From an uncultured Chloroflexia bacterium (lineage in GTDB: Bacteria > Chloroflexota > Limnocylindria > Limnocylindrales > CSP1-4): a stretch of DNA of 64,000 bases. Location of the stretch: positions 280,404 through 344,403 of the forward strand of contig CAWEMV010000002.1 in NCBI GenBank assembly GCA_963810285.1, given 5' to 3'. Shown one piece after another: positions 9,703-19,855 of this stretch. The notes below the pieces were generated by a model. It was not told where the DNA came from. It did no database searches and saw only the letters and a program-made list of their open reading frames with translations. Position numbers and translations under genes: made by a program. The first letter of the stretch is position 1. Each line of letters starts with the position of its first letter.

Positions 9703-11620
9703 TCACTCCTCCTCGGCGTTCGTCGCCCCGCGTCGCCGCATCAGGAGACCGCCGCCGACGATGGCGATGCCGACGATCGCGGCGATCGCGAGCAGCAACC
9801 CCGTGTTCGAGTCGGACGCCGGTGCGCCCGTGCCGCCGCCGGCACTCGGCGACGCACCCGCGGATGGCGCGGCGCCTGCCGACGCGCTCGGGCTCGGTTC
9901 GGAGCCGGCGGCCGTCAGGATCGTGTACCCGATCGGCCCGAAGCCGAAGAGCGGCGTGCCGGTCTCGGGCGGTTGGTTCACCCAGCCGGTGAAGTTGTCG
10001 GTCCGGTAGGCGTGCAGCTCGGAGTCGTAGTAGAGGGGGATGTTGGGCAGCTCCCGGTAGAAGATCTCCTGCATCTCCTGGAGCATCGCCTTGCGCTCGG
10101 CGACGTCCTGGGTCTGGCCCTGTTGGATGAACAGCTCGTCGAACCGGGGGTTCGACCAGAACGTGTCGCTCGAGGCACCGATCTGGGCGGTCGTGAACGG
10201 GTCGAGGAGGGACGAGGGATCGACATCGCCGACCCAACCCCACATGTAGGTGTCGAACTTGGCGGTACCGGGCGGGTCGTACTCGGGGGGCGTGATGTCG
10301 ACCAGGAGCGTGTCGTCATCCGTGACGCCGGCCTCGACCCCGATCCCGAGGGTGCCCCACCACTCGGTGATGAATTGGGCGGCCGTCGCGAGCTCGGGTT
10401 CGGACGTGGGCCACGTCATCCCCAGCGTGATCGGCTTTCCTTCCTTGTCGAGGCGCTTGCCGGCCGCGTCCTTGACGTAGCCGGCCGCGACGAGCTTCTG
10501 ATCGGCCACCGCGAGGTCGAACGTGCGCAACACATCGGCGGCAGGCGGGACGTACCAGTTGGCATGGAACGGCGGGAGCAGGCTGGTCCCCGGCGTGCCG
10601 TGGCCCGCCAGGACACGGTCCACCAGATACATCCAGGTCGACGGCGTAGCCGAGCGCGTCGCGGAACGCCGGATCGGCGACCGCCGTGGTGGACGCTCCA
10701 CCGCCCTCGATCGGACGGGGGTACCCGTTGAACGTCAGGTACGAGTAGCCGTTCGCGAAGCCCTCGACGGTGGTGATCTCCGGATCGCCCTCGAGGGCAT
10801 CGAAGGCGTCCGCGGCGATGCCTCGTGCGTAGTCGATCTCGCCGTTCCGCAGCGCCGCCACCATCGTCTCGCTGCTCTCGAAGTGCTGGAGGATGATCTC
10901 GTCCGCGGCGCCCTGCTGGCCCCAGTAGTTCTCGTTGCGCGCGAAGCGCATGAACTGGCCGGGGACGAACTCGACGGCCTGGTACGGACCCGTCCCGACG
11001 ACCGGCGGATCGTTCGCGAAGAAGCCCTCGGCCTCGGAGTTGGCGATCTGCTGGAGCGTGTGCCCCTCCCAGATGTGCTTCGGCAGGATCGGTACGTAGG
11101 CGGGGATCAGCAGGGACGTCGGGGTCGACGTTTCGACCACGAGTGTCTCGGCGTCGGGCGCGCTCACCGCGGTCAGGTTCGCGGACGTCAGGTACCCGTC
11201 CAGGTAGCCGGACCCGAGCGTCACCTCCTCGGCGGTCGCGTCCAGCACGAGCTGGTAGGTGTAGCGGGCGTCCTCCGCCGTCGCCGGCTCACCGTCCGAC
11301 CACTGCATCCCGGGTCGGATCTTGAAGGTCGTCGTCTTGCCGTCCGCCGACGTCTCCCAGGATTCGGCGAAGCTGCCCGTGTACTCGAGGTTCTGGTCAT
11401 ATCCGACCAGCAGGTCGTAGTTGAGCGTGAAGACCTCGTAGTCGAGGACGTACGTGGCTGCCCACGGATTGAGGCCCGAGAACTCCTGGTCCGTCCCGAC
11501 GCGAAGGATGCCGTCGCCCTTCGCCGCCGAGATCGGCGACGCCGCGGGCAGGAGCAGCGCGCCGAGCAGTCCGACCGCAGCAAGGATCCGACCCATCCGG
11601 GCACGCGTGGTCGAACGCAT
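9703..11620 (-). pseudogene. Peptide/nickel ABC substrate-binding protein (family 5) with a one-base insertion near 10630; possible sequencing error
   Basis: ATG 11620 follows a GGAGGAGG RBS. ORF 10316..11716 (WSDGEP, VGTGPY, FRDALGYAVDL) continues in ORF 9703..10701 (YLVDRVLAG...). It has a C-terminal Ser/Ala/Pro linker, a TM helix and RRR. Confidence 0.85.
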
Positions 11621-11759
11621 TCGACTCCTCCTCCAGGCGACCCGCGCCTCTCCTCGGGTCGCCGCTTCGTCGCGGTTGCCTGACCGTCGCCGGTCGAGTC
11701 GGCCGTACCCTCGCACACGCTGGGGACCGGTGCAAGAAACGGACCGCTGGACGGGTCCT

Positions 11760-12935
11760 TCAGACGAGGGGCATCAGCGGTGGATCGACCTGGAGCAGCA
11801 TCGGGCGGTCGATCCGGAACGCCCCGAGCTCGCCGTCCGAGGGCGAGCCGCCGTCGAGCGCGAGCTCGACGAGGATCCGGCCCAGCGCCGACGCGAACTT
11901 GAAGCCGTGCGCCGCCCCGAGCCCGACCACCACGCCCGGCGCGTCCGGCAGCCGGTCGACCACGAAGTCGCGTTCGGGCGTCAGCGTGTAGAGGCAGGTC
12001 TTCGTGAGCAGCTCGGGTCCGAGCGCGCCCGGCAGGCGCGTCTCGAGGAAGGCGCGGACCCGGTCGCGGATCGCCTCGTCGGGCTCGAACGTCCGCGTGG
12101 CCGGGGTCGTGGGCCGGCCGCCGCAGTCCTGGGCGACCTTCGGCCCGGCCTCGCCGTAGACCGGGAAGCCATAGAACGACGGGTCGTCCATCCAGATCCA
12201 CACCGGGAACCGGTCCGGGCTGAATGCCGCGGGATCGGGCGCGGCGAAGTAGGTCACCTGCTCCTTCGTGACCGTGAGCGGCAGCTGCCGGTCGAAGCCC
12301 GCAAGGAGGTCGTTCGTCCAGGCATCCGTCGCCAGCACGACGGCGCCTGCCGTCTGCGTGGTCCCGCCGGCGTCGACCTCGTACGCACCGCCGCGCTCCC
12401 GGATCGCCTCGACCGGCATCCGCTCGCGCAGCGTCGCGCCCCGGGCCGCCGCCAGCCGGCGATGGGCGGCATTGCCGCGGTAGGGGTCGGCGATGCCGCC
12501 GCGCGCCTGCCACATGCCGGTGACGTCGTCGGTCAACCGCCACTGCGGCCAGCGAGCCATGATCTCGGCCGCGTCGAGCAGCTCGAACGGGACGCCTTCC
12601 GTGCCGAGGCTGTCCGCGTAATCCGCCTGCGGGATGGCCGCGTCGGCCGGCCATAGATCCAGGCCGCCGGTCACGGTGACGATCCGGTCGCCGGCCTCGT
12701 CCTCGACGGCCGCCCACGACGCGTAGGCCCGATCGGCCAATCGGACGTAGTCCGGTCGGTGGTACGAGAGCCGGATGATCCGGCTGTGGTCGGCCGACGC
12801 GCCGTTCGCATGGCCGAGCTCGAAGCGCTCGAGGCCGAGCACGCGGACGCCGGGCCGCGTCGACGCCCAGTAGGCGGCGGCCGACCCGATCGCCCCGAGA
12901 CCGACCACGACGACGTCCCAGTCGGTCCGGGTCAT
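11760..12935 (-). CDS. solA: Monomeric sarcosine oxidase / N-methyl-L-tryptophan oxidase family
   Basis: VVGLGAIGS, GASADHSRIIR, CLYTLTP (covalent-FAD Cys) and HGFKFA. Confidence 0.85.
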   Translation of the reverse strand: MTRTDWDVVVVGLGAIGSAAAYWASTRPGVRVLGLERFELGHANGASADHSRIIRLSYHRPDYVRLADRAYASWAAVEDEAGDRIVTVTGGLDLWPADAAIPQADYADSLGTEGVPFELLDAAEIMARWPQWRLTDDVTGMWQARGGIADPYRGNAAHRRLAAARGATLRERMPVEAIRERGGAYEVDAGGTTQTAGAVVLATDAWTNDLLAGFDRQLPLTVTKEQVTYFAAPDPAAFSPDRFPVWIWMDDPSFYGFPVYGEAGPKVAQDCGGRPTTPATRTFEPDEAIRDRVRAFLETRLPGALGPELLTKTCLYTLTPERDFVVDRLPDAPGVVVGLGAAHGFKFASALGRILVELALDGGSPSDGELGAFRIDRPMLLQVDPPLMPLV

Positions 12936-13477
12936 CGGGTCGTTACCCGATCGAGCGCGACGCGCAGGATGGCGGCGACGCTCATCACGTCGGTGATGCG
13001 TCCGTCGCGGACCATCTCGACCGCCTCGTCGAACCGGACCCAGCGCAGCGCGATCGACTCGGTCGGCTCGGGCGTCGCCTCGCCCTGGTGCAGCCCCCGT
13101 GCGACGAACAGGATGGCGACCTCGTCCGTCACCGAGTTGGACAGTTCGAGCCGGCACAGCTCGCGCCAGTCGTCGGCCGCGAGCCCCGTCTCCTCGCGCA
13201 GCTCGCGCTGGATGCCCTGCAGGGGCGTCTCAGTCGGTGGCACACCCCCCTCGGGGATCTCCCACGAGTCACGGTCGAGCGTGTATCGATGCTGGCCGAC
13301 GAGCACGATGCGGTCGTCGTCGTCGAAGGCGATGACGCCGGCGGCCAGGCTCTCGAAGTGGACGACACCGTAGATGCCCGGGCTGCCGTCGGGTCGGGTG
13401 ACCTCGTCATGCCAGACCGTGATCCACGGGTTCTCGTACGCGACCCGCCTGCTGTGGCGGACGAACCGACCCTCCAT
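12932..13477 (-). CDS. NUDIX hydrolase (ADP-ribose pyrophosphatase-like)
   Basis: Nudix box EGG...ETPLQGIQRELREETGL, and QHRY. Confidence 0.9.
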   Translation of the reverse strand: MEGRFVRHSRRVAYENPWITVWHDEVTRPDGSPGIYGVVHFESLAAGVIAFDDDDRIVLVGQHRYTLDRDSWEIPEGGVPPTETPLQGIQRELREETGLAADDWRELCRLELSNSVTDEVAILFVARGLHQGEATPEPTESIALRWVRFDEAVEMVRDGRITDVMSVAAILRVALDRVTTR

Positions 13478-13543
13478 GCCGGCATCGTCGCATGGCGCGA
13501 GCGCCCCCGTGGGGCGAAGGTGGGCGGCCCTAGACTCGTGCGC

Positions 13544-15634
13544 ATGACCGACACGCGTCCGGCGCCCGAGCCGCGCTTCGACGTCGAGGTCGACTGGGAT
13601 GCGCGGATCGTCGTCCGCGACGGGACCGCGCTGTCGGCCAACATCTGGCGCCCGGTCGCACGCGACGACGGCACGAGGCGCTTCCCGGCCATCCTCGAGA
13701 TGATCCCGTACGGCAAGGACAACTGGCGCCGGACGGTCGACATGTCCCGGGGCGAGTGGTTCGCGGCGCGCGGGTTCGCCCTGTGCCGGCTCGACGTCCG
13801 CGGCACCGGCTCGTCCGGCGGGATCGCGCTCGACGAGTACACCGCCGAGGAGACCGTCGACGGCTACGACGCGGTCGAATGGCTTTCGGCACAGCCGTGG
13901 TCCAACGGCGCGGTCGGGATGTGGGGCATCTCGTACGGCGGCTTCACCTCGATCCAGGTCGCGGCGCTGCGCCCGCCGCACCTCAGCGCGATCGTGCCGG
14001 TCATGGCCACCGACGACCGCTATCTCGACGACGTCCACTACCGCGGCGGGTGCGTCACGGTGAGCGAGCTGTCGCAATACGCCGTCAGCCAGGTGGCGAT
14101 GAACGCGATGCCGCCGGATGCCGCCTTCCGTGGGCCGCGCTGGCGGGACGAGTGGCGGGCCCGGCTTGAGGCAACCCCGCCGTGGCTGTTCGCCTGGCTC
14201 CGCCACCAGACCGATGGGCCGTACTGGCGGCAGGGCTCGCTGGCGCCCGACTACGCGGCCATCGAGGTGCCGATCTTCAACATCGGCGGCTGGCACGACT
14301 CGTACGTCGACCCGGCGTTCCGCATGCAGGCCCGCTGCCCGTCGCCATCGCACACGCTCGTCGGCAACTGGGTCCATTCGTGGCCGCACAGCGCGGCACC
14401 CGGACCGAACCTCGACGACCTGCACGAGATCGCCCGCTTCTTCGCCCGTCACCTCGACGGCGTGGAGAACGGCTGGGAGGACGAGCCGGCCGTCGTCTGG
14501 TTCGAGCACGAGTACGCGCCGCCCATCGCCTTCCCATCGTCACTGCCCGGGCGCTGGCGGGCGACGTCGGCGTACCCGCATCCGGCGACGACGTCGCGGA
14601 CATGGGCCTTCGGCGACGGGTCGCTGGACGAGGGGGCGGCCGGCGCCGCTGCTGCGGACACGTTCCGGCATCGGCCGACCACGGGCACCCGCGGTGCGCT
14701 CTCGTGGGGTGCCGGCGAGGAGCCCAACGGGCTGGCCCGCGACCTGCGGCCGGACGAGTCGGGCGGCCCGACGTACACGTCGGAGGCGCTCGCCGCGCCG
14801 CTCGAGGTGCTCGGCGTGCCCGAGGTCGTCGTCCACGTCGAGGTCGATTCGCCGGTCGCGATGCTGTCGGTCCGACTGTCGGACGTCGCGCCCGACGGTA
14901 CGTCCGCCCTGGTCAGCGCCGGCGTGCTGAACCTGACCCATCGGCGATCCCACGCCGATCCGGAACCGCTCCGACCCGGCGTCGTGGAGCAGGTCGAGAT
15001 CCCGTTGCGCACCGCCGGATACCGATGGCTGGCGGGCCACCGGCTGCGGGTCGCGCTCGCGTCGTCGCTGTGGCCGGTGCTGTGGCCCTCGCCGCATCCC
15101 GCGACCATCCGGGTCCACCGCGGGCCCGCCACCCCGTCCCGGCTCGTGCTGCCGGTCGTCCCGCCGGCCGGTGCGGACGGGGACCTGCCGGTGCCGGCGT
15201 TCAGGACCGACCCGCCCGACCTGTCCTGGCCGTCGCCCGAGGCCGCCGACGGCGCCGGGCCGGCAGCGTCCGACCCACCGCAGTGGCTGATCGAGGAGGA
15301 CGTCCTCGACGGCTCGACCACGGTCCGCTTCCACGACGGCGGCGAGGAGATCGTGCCGGATGGCCGACGGCTCTACGCGGCCGAATCGATCCGGATGACG
15401 GCGTGGGACGAGGACCCGGCCCGCGTCGAGCTCGACGCGGACGTCGTGTATCGATGGCAGGAGCGCGAGGTGGACCGGGACGGCGAGCTGACGCGGATCG
15501 AGATCCGGGCCGTCTCGCGCCAGCGCAGCACGGTCTCGGACTTCGACCTGTCGGTACGTCTCGAGGTCGACGTGGACGATCAGCGGTTCTTCGAGCGGCG
15601 GTGGGAGGAGCGCATCCCGCGCCAGCTCGTATGA
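13544..15634 (+). CDS. CocE/NonD family serine hydrolase
   Basis: PYGK, DVRGTGSSGG, nucleophile GMWGISYGG, GGWHD, GNWVH and a PepX-like C-terminal domain. Confidence 0.92.
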   Translation: MTDTRPAPEPRFDVEVDWDARIVVRDGTALSANIWRPVARDDGTRRFPAILEMIPYGKDNWRRTVDMSRGEWFAARGFALCRLDVRGTGSSGGIALDEYTAEETVDGYDAVEWLSAQPWSNGAVGMWGISYGGFTSIQVAALRPPHLSAIVPVMATDDRYLDDVHYRGGCVTVSELSQYAVSQVAMNAMPPDAAFRGPRWRDEWRARLEATPPWLFAWLRHQTDGPYWRQGSLAPDYAAIEVPIFNIGGWHDSYVDPAFRMQARCPSPSHTLVGNWVHSWPHSAAPGPNLDDLHEIARFFARHLDGVENGWEDEPAVVWFEHEYAPPIAFPSSLPGRWRATSAYPHPATTSRTWAFGDGSLDEGAAGAAAADTFRHRPTTGTRGALSWGAGEEPNGLARDLRPDESGGPTYTSEALAAPLEVLGVPEVVVHVEVDSPVAMLSVRLSDVAPDGTSALVSAGVLNLTHRRSHADPEPLRPGVVEQVEIPLRTAGYRWLAGHRLRVALASSLWPVLWPSPHPATIRVHRGPATPSRLVLPVVPPAGADGDLPVPAFRTDPPDLSWPSPEAADGAGPAASDPPQWLIEEDVLDGSTTVRFHDGGEEIVPDGRRLYAAESIRMTAWDEDPARVELDADVVYRWQEREVDRDGELTRIEIRAVSRQRSTVSDFDLSVRLEVDVDDQRFFERRWEERIPRQLV

Positions 15635-15649
15635 CGGCCGCGATGTAGC

Positions 15650-16633
15650 GTGCCGCACGTGCGGCGAATCATCACGATCCTCGTGGTCGCATCGCTCCTG
15701 ATCCTCCTGGTCGGCTATGGCGTCGCGAGCGCGATGGTGTGGGACCGGCTGACCCAGGTGAGCGGGGAGTGCCACCCGGAGTGGGCCGACAACGACCCGA
15801 CGGCGTTCGCCTATCGGGGGCTGGACACCACCCCCTACGCGATGCCGGCCCCGGTGGAGGTCACGATCCCGAGCCGCGATGTCGGGATCGACATCAGCGG
15901 CTGGTGGGTCCAGGCCGAGGACCAGCCCGCCGACGGCTCGCCGGCGCCCGCGGTCGTCGTCGTCCATGGCCACACCGCCTGCAAGCGCGACCCCGACGTG
16001 CTGCTTCCGGCCGGCATGCTCCATCGCCACGGCTTCTCGGTCCTGCTGATCGACATCCGCGACCATGGCGACTCGACGGAGGAGGACGGTCGCTACGCCG
16101 GCGGGACCGAGGAGTACCGCGACGTCCTCGGTGCATGGGACTGGCTGCGTTCCGAGCAGGGGCTGCCCGCCGATCGCATCGGACTGCTCGGCGTCTCGCT
16201 CGGCGCGGCCAGCGTGCTCATCGCTGCCGGCGAGGAGCCGGCCGTTGCCGCGACCTGGGAGGACTCGAGCTACGCCGACATCGGCGACGCCATCAAGGCC
16301 GAGCTTGCCCGGAACGGGTATCCCGGCGTCCTGGAGGAGGGCGGCATCGCGATGGCGCGGCTCCTGAGCGGCGACGACCTGCGATCGCGCAGTCCCCTCG
16401 AAGCGGTGCGCAGGATGGCGGGCCGGTCGCTGTACATCAGCCACGGCGACGCCGACCGGCGACTCAGCGTCGACTACGGACGGACGCTCGCCAGGGAGGC
16501 CGAGGCGGCCGGCGTGGACGTCACGACCTGGATCGTGCCCGGCGCCGAACATACCAAGGCGATGGGCCTCGTCCCCGATGCGTACGAGACGCGCTTGACC
16601 GGCTTCTTCGAGCGCGTCCTGGCGGGCCCCTAG
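15650..16633 (+). CDS. Membrane-anchored alpha/beta hydrolase
   Basis: N-terminal TM helix, VVHG, RDHGDS, GVSLG nucleophile, HGDAD and GAEH. Confidence 0.88.
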   Translation: MPHVRRIITILVVASLLILLVGYGVASAMVWDRLTQVSGECHPEWADNDPTAFAYRGLDTTPYAMPAPVEVTIPSRDVGIDISGWWVQAEDQPADGSPAPAVVVVHGHTACKRDPDVLLPAGMLHRHGFSVLLIDIRDHGDSTEEDGRYAGGTEEYRDVLGAWDWLRSEQGLPADRIGLLGVSLGAASVLIAAGEEPAVAATWEDSSYADIGDAIKAELARNGYPGVLEEGGIAMARLLSGDDLRSRSPLEAVRRMAGRSLYISHGDADRRLSVDYGRTLAREAEAAGVDVTTWIVPGAEHTKAMGLVPDAYETRLTGFFERVLAGP

Positions 16634-16642
16634 ACTGACGGC

Positions 16643-17815
16643 GTGATCACCAGTCGCCGCATCAGCCGGAAGGCCGAGTCGTTCACCGAGTCGGTCATCC
16701 GCGAGATGAACCGCGTCGCCGTCGCTCACGGCGCGGTCAGCCTCGCGCAGGGGTTCCCGGACTTCGCCTGTCCACCCGAGCTCAAGCGCGCGGTCGCCGA
16801 GGCGGTCGACGCCGACATCAACCAGTACGCGATCACGTGGGGATCGAAGCCGTTGCGCGACGCCATCGCAGCGACCACGCCCCGCCACTTCCCGGGGTTC
16901 GGGGAGATCGACCCGGAGACCCAGGTCACGGTCACGTGCGGCGCGACCGAGGCGATGATCGCGGCGATGCTCGGCATCCTCGATCCCGGCGACGAGGTCA
17001 TCGTCTTCGAGCCGTTCTATGAGAACTACGGACCCGACGCGATCCTGTCCGACGCCGTGCCGCGCTACGTCACGCTCCACGAGCCCGACTGGACGATCGA
17101 TCCCGACGAGCTGCGCCGGGCGTTCGGGCCGCGGACGCGCGGCATCGTCCTCAACTCGCCGCATAACCCGACCGGCAAGGTGTTCACGCGCGAGGAGCTC
17201 GAGCTCGTCGCCTCGCTGTGCGTCGAGCACGACGTCATCGCCTTCACCGACGACATCTACGAGCACCTCGTGTTCGAGGGCGAGCACATCCCGCTCGCGA
17301 CGCTGCCCGACATGGCGGAGCGGACCGTGAGCATCCACTCGATGTCGAAGACGTACTCGGTGACCGGCTGGCGGATCGGCTGGACGATCGCGTCGCCCGA
17401 GCTCTCGCTCGGCATCAGGCGCGTGCACGACTTCCTGACGGTCGGCGCGGCGGCGCCCCTGCAGGCGGCGGCGGTGACCGCGCTCGGCTTCCCAGATGCG
17501 TACTACGCCGATCTCGTGGCCGGCTACCGGGAGCGGCGCGACGTGCTCGTGCCGGCCCTCCGGGACGCCGGCTTCCGGGTCCACGAGCCCAGGGGCGCCT
17601 ACTACGTCATGACCGACATCCGCGACCTCGTCGCGGCGGACGAGGACGACGTCGCGTTCGCCCACCGGCTGATCCGCGAGCCGGGCGTGGCGGCGGTCCC
17701 GGGTTCGTCGTTCTTCTCACGACCCGAGCTCGGTCGGTCGAAGCTGCGGTTCGCCTTCCCGAAGACGCTCGAGACGCTCGGGGCGGCGGCGGAACGGCTG
17801 GCTCGGCTCGCCTGA
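16643..17815 (+). CDS. PLP-dependent aminotransferase class I/II (YbdL/kynurenine aminotransferase-like)
   Basis: LAQGFPDF, NSPHNPTG, DDIYE and SMSKTYSVTGWRIG. Confidence 0.92.
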   Translation: MITSRRISRKAESFTESVIREMNRVAVAHGAVSLAQGFPDFACPPELKRAVAEAVDADINQYAITWGSKPLRDAIAATTPRHFPGFGEIDPETQVTVTCGATEAMIAAMLGILDPGDEVIVFEPFYENYGPDAILSDAVPRYVTLHEPDWTIDPDELRRAFGPRTRGIVLNSPHNPTGKVFTREELELVASLCVEHDVIAFTDDIYEHLVFEGEHIPLATLPDMAERTVSIHSMSKTYSVTGWRIGWTIASPELSLGIRRVHDFLTVGAAAPLQAAAVTALGFPDAYYADLVAGYRERRDVLVPALRDAGFRVHEPRGAYYVMTDIRDLVAADEDDVAFAHRLIREPGVAAVPGSSFFSRPELGRSKLRFAFPKTLETLGAAAERLARLA

Positions 17816-17821
17816 GGCGGG

Positions 17822-19363
17822 TCAGCTCGGGACGGCCTCCGGGACCACCTCGCGCACGATGGCCGCGACCGCCGACCGCGTCGCGTCGCCGTCGTAGCGG
17901 AGCAGCGGGTCGGCCTCGAGCTTCCGCTCCTGGATCTCGCCCTGGATGCGCGTGTAGAGGACCGGATAGATGGCGCCGCTGCCGTCAGCCTCGAGCGTGA
18001 CGGCGAGCGCGTCGGGCCCGCCGGCGTCGAGGAAGGTGGTCAGTGGCTGGACCCCGTCGTCCACCGGTCCGGCGTCCGGGTCGACCGTGAAGACGCGCGT
18101 CAGGTAGGCACGCTGGTGCCACAGCTCGGGGGCTTCCGCAAGCTCGGTCGCGACGGTCGCCACGAGCGCGTCCGGCGCGACCGCCGGTCGGGGGACATCG
18201 ACGCCGAAGCGCTGGGTCGCGATCCGTCGGGCGAGGACCATCGCGTTGTACCGCGCGCCGTGGACGGCCCCCGAGTTGGCCGGCACGCCGTGCTTCTCCA
18301 GACCCTTGGCCGCCTGGCCGATCGTCCCGGCGAAGTACACGCCGGACAGCGTCGTGCTCTCCCACCAGGGCGTGACGAGCGGCAGGCGACTGCGGCCGCT
18401 GACCGAGCAGCCGATCTCGGGCAGGTCGAGGATCGGCGTTACGAAGCCGGTCGCCGAGATCACGTCGTCGACCTCGATGGCGATGTCGTCTCCGGTGTCG
18501 GTCCGCCGCAACCGGACGGTCAGGCTCCCGTCGCCGCCCTCGGTCCGCTCGATGCGGTCGAGCGCGGCGTCGAGGACCGCGACGCCGCCGCCCAGCACGA
18601 AGTCCTCGTACGGCTGGACGTAGCGGGCGCGGACGCCGGCGAGCGATCGCGTCTGCACCGACAGGCGAGCCGGTGACGGCGAGGCGAGGACGATCGCGCG
18701 CGCCCACGGCAGGAACCCGCTGGCCAGCTCGAACCCGGAGTTCTGCTTGCCCAGGATCAGGACCCGCCGCCCGGCGTACGTCTCGACCGGCCGGACCTCG
18801 GCGTAGTGGTGGGTCAGGTCCATGCCGATGGCGGGCGGAGTGAACGGCTCGGCCACGCCGACCGCGATCACCAGCGTCTCGGCCCGATACTCGCCGTCGG
18901 TCGTCGACAGGACGAACCGGGCGCCCTCGGCATCCTCGACCTGGCGCGTGCTCGTCCACCGACAGCCGTAGCGGACCTCGATGTTCGCCCGTTCGGCGTA
19001 CCGGCCCAGGTTCTCCTCCATCTCGGGCCGGGACGGGAACGACGAGGTCCCATCCATGAGCTCGGGCTGGAGGGCGCGGGCTTCGGGCTCGTCGGCGAGC
19101 AGGCTGTTCCAGTCATAGCGCTCGTACGCGCGCGAGCCGCGCGGTGCCGGCGCATGCGGCTTGGTCCATGACAGCAGCCGCTGGAAGTGCGGCCAGCGGC
19201 GGAACATCCCGCCCGGCGCCGGATCCTGCGACAGCACCGCGTGCGCGATCCCGTACCGTCGCAGGGCGTACGAGGCCTGAAGACCGCCGGGACCCGAGCC
19301 GATGACGACGACCGGGTATGCGCCGGGCGGGAACGGTCGGGTCGGGTCGCTCAGGCTCCCCAT
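17822..19363 (-). CDS. FAD/NAD(P)-dependent oxidoreductase (FOXRED2-like)
   Basis: GSGPGG and second Rossmann LGKQNSG. RYDWNSLL and VHGARY resemble FOXRED2-family motifs as recalled. Confidence 0.8.
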   Translation of the reverse strand: MGSLSDPTRPFPPGAYPVVVIGSGPGGLQASYALRRYGIAHAVLSQDPAPGGMFRRWPHFQRLLSWTKPHAPAPRGSRAYERYDWNSLLADEPEARALQPELMDGTSSFPSRPEMEENLGRYAERANIEVRYGCRWTSTRQVEDAEGARFVLSTTDGEYRAETLVIAVGVAEPFTPPAIGMDLTHHYAEVRPVETYAGRRVLILGKQNSGFELASGFLPWARAIVLASPSPARLSVQTRSLAGVRARYVQPYEDFVLGGGVAVLDAALDRIERTEGGDGSLTVRLRRTDTGDDIAIEVDDVISATGFVTPILDLPEIGCSVSGRSRLPLVTPWWESTTLSGVYFAGTIGQAAKGLEKHGVPANSGAVHGARYNAMVLARRIATQRFGVDVPRPAVAPDALVATVATELAEAPELWHQRAYLTRVFTVDPDAGPVDDGVQPLTTFLDAGGPDALAVTLEADGSGAIYPVLYTRIQGEIQERKLEADPLLRYDGDATRSAVAAIVREVVPEAVPS

Positions 19364-19773
19364 CGGTTCGCCGCTCGTAGCCGGCGGGCCTGCGCCTGGA
19401 GCATCCGGTACATCACCTTGGGCTGGCTCACGAGGAACGGCTCGACCCGGGGGCCGGCCAGCACGAGGCAGCGCATCTGGCGGGTCGCGACGACGTCCGC
19501 GATCGACGGCACGCCGAGGAGGATCGACACCTCGCCGAAGAAGTCACCACGGCTCAGCTGCGCCCGGTCGACCCCGTCGATCCGGACCGCCGCCTCGCCG
19601 TCGACGATGACGTAGAAGCCCGACCCCGACAGGCCCTGGTGGAGGATCGTCTCGCCGGCCGCGAACATCCGCTCGTCGAAGATGTGGATGATCGCCTCGA
19701 GCTGGGGAGCGGACAGGTCGGCGAAGAGCCCGAACCCGGCGATGTCATCGAGCAGCTGGTCGCGGTCGATCAT
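19351..19773 (-). CDS. Stand-alone cyclic nucleotide-binding domain protein (phosphate-binding Arg absent)
   Basis: LFADL, FYVIVDG and GDFFGEVSIL..PSIADV, with no DNA-binding HTH. Confidence 0.88.
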   Translation of the reverse strand: MIDRDQLLDDIAGFGLFADLSAPQLEAIIHIFDERMFAAGETILHQGLSGSGFYVIVDGEAAVRIDGVDRAQLSRGDFFGEVSILLGVPSIADVVATRQMRCLVLAGPRVEPFLVSQPKVMYRMLQAQARRLRAANRWGA

Positions 19774-19855
19774 CGCGTGCATCGTGCCACGCGAGCGTTG
19801 CTTGACGCTCCGCCATCGTGCAGCGCAGCATCACGGGACCACCATGGAGGCCGGC

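Noticed and set aside
5160-10635. Programmed ribosomal frameshifting in the ABC operon
   Set aside because: No slippery heptamers or long homopolymers at the three sites, which share no motif.
14540-17665. 1041-aa minus-strand ORF, and similar long ORFs such as 31460..34189, 57240..60017, 48919..50832, 45380..47293 and the 5' part of 35513..38497
   Set aside because: These are antisense or off-frame shadows of well-supported genes, expected at this GC content. They are Arg/Gly/Pro-rich with no recognisable motifs.
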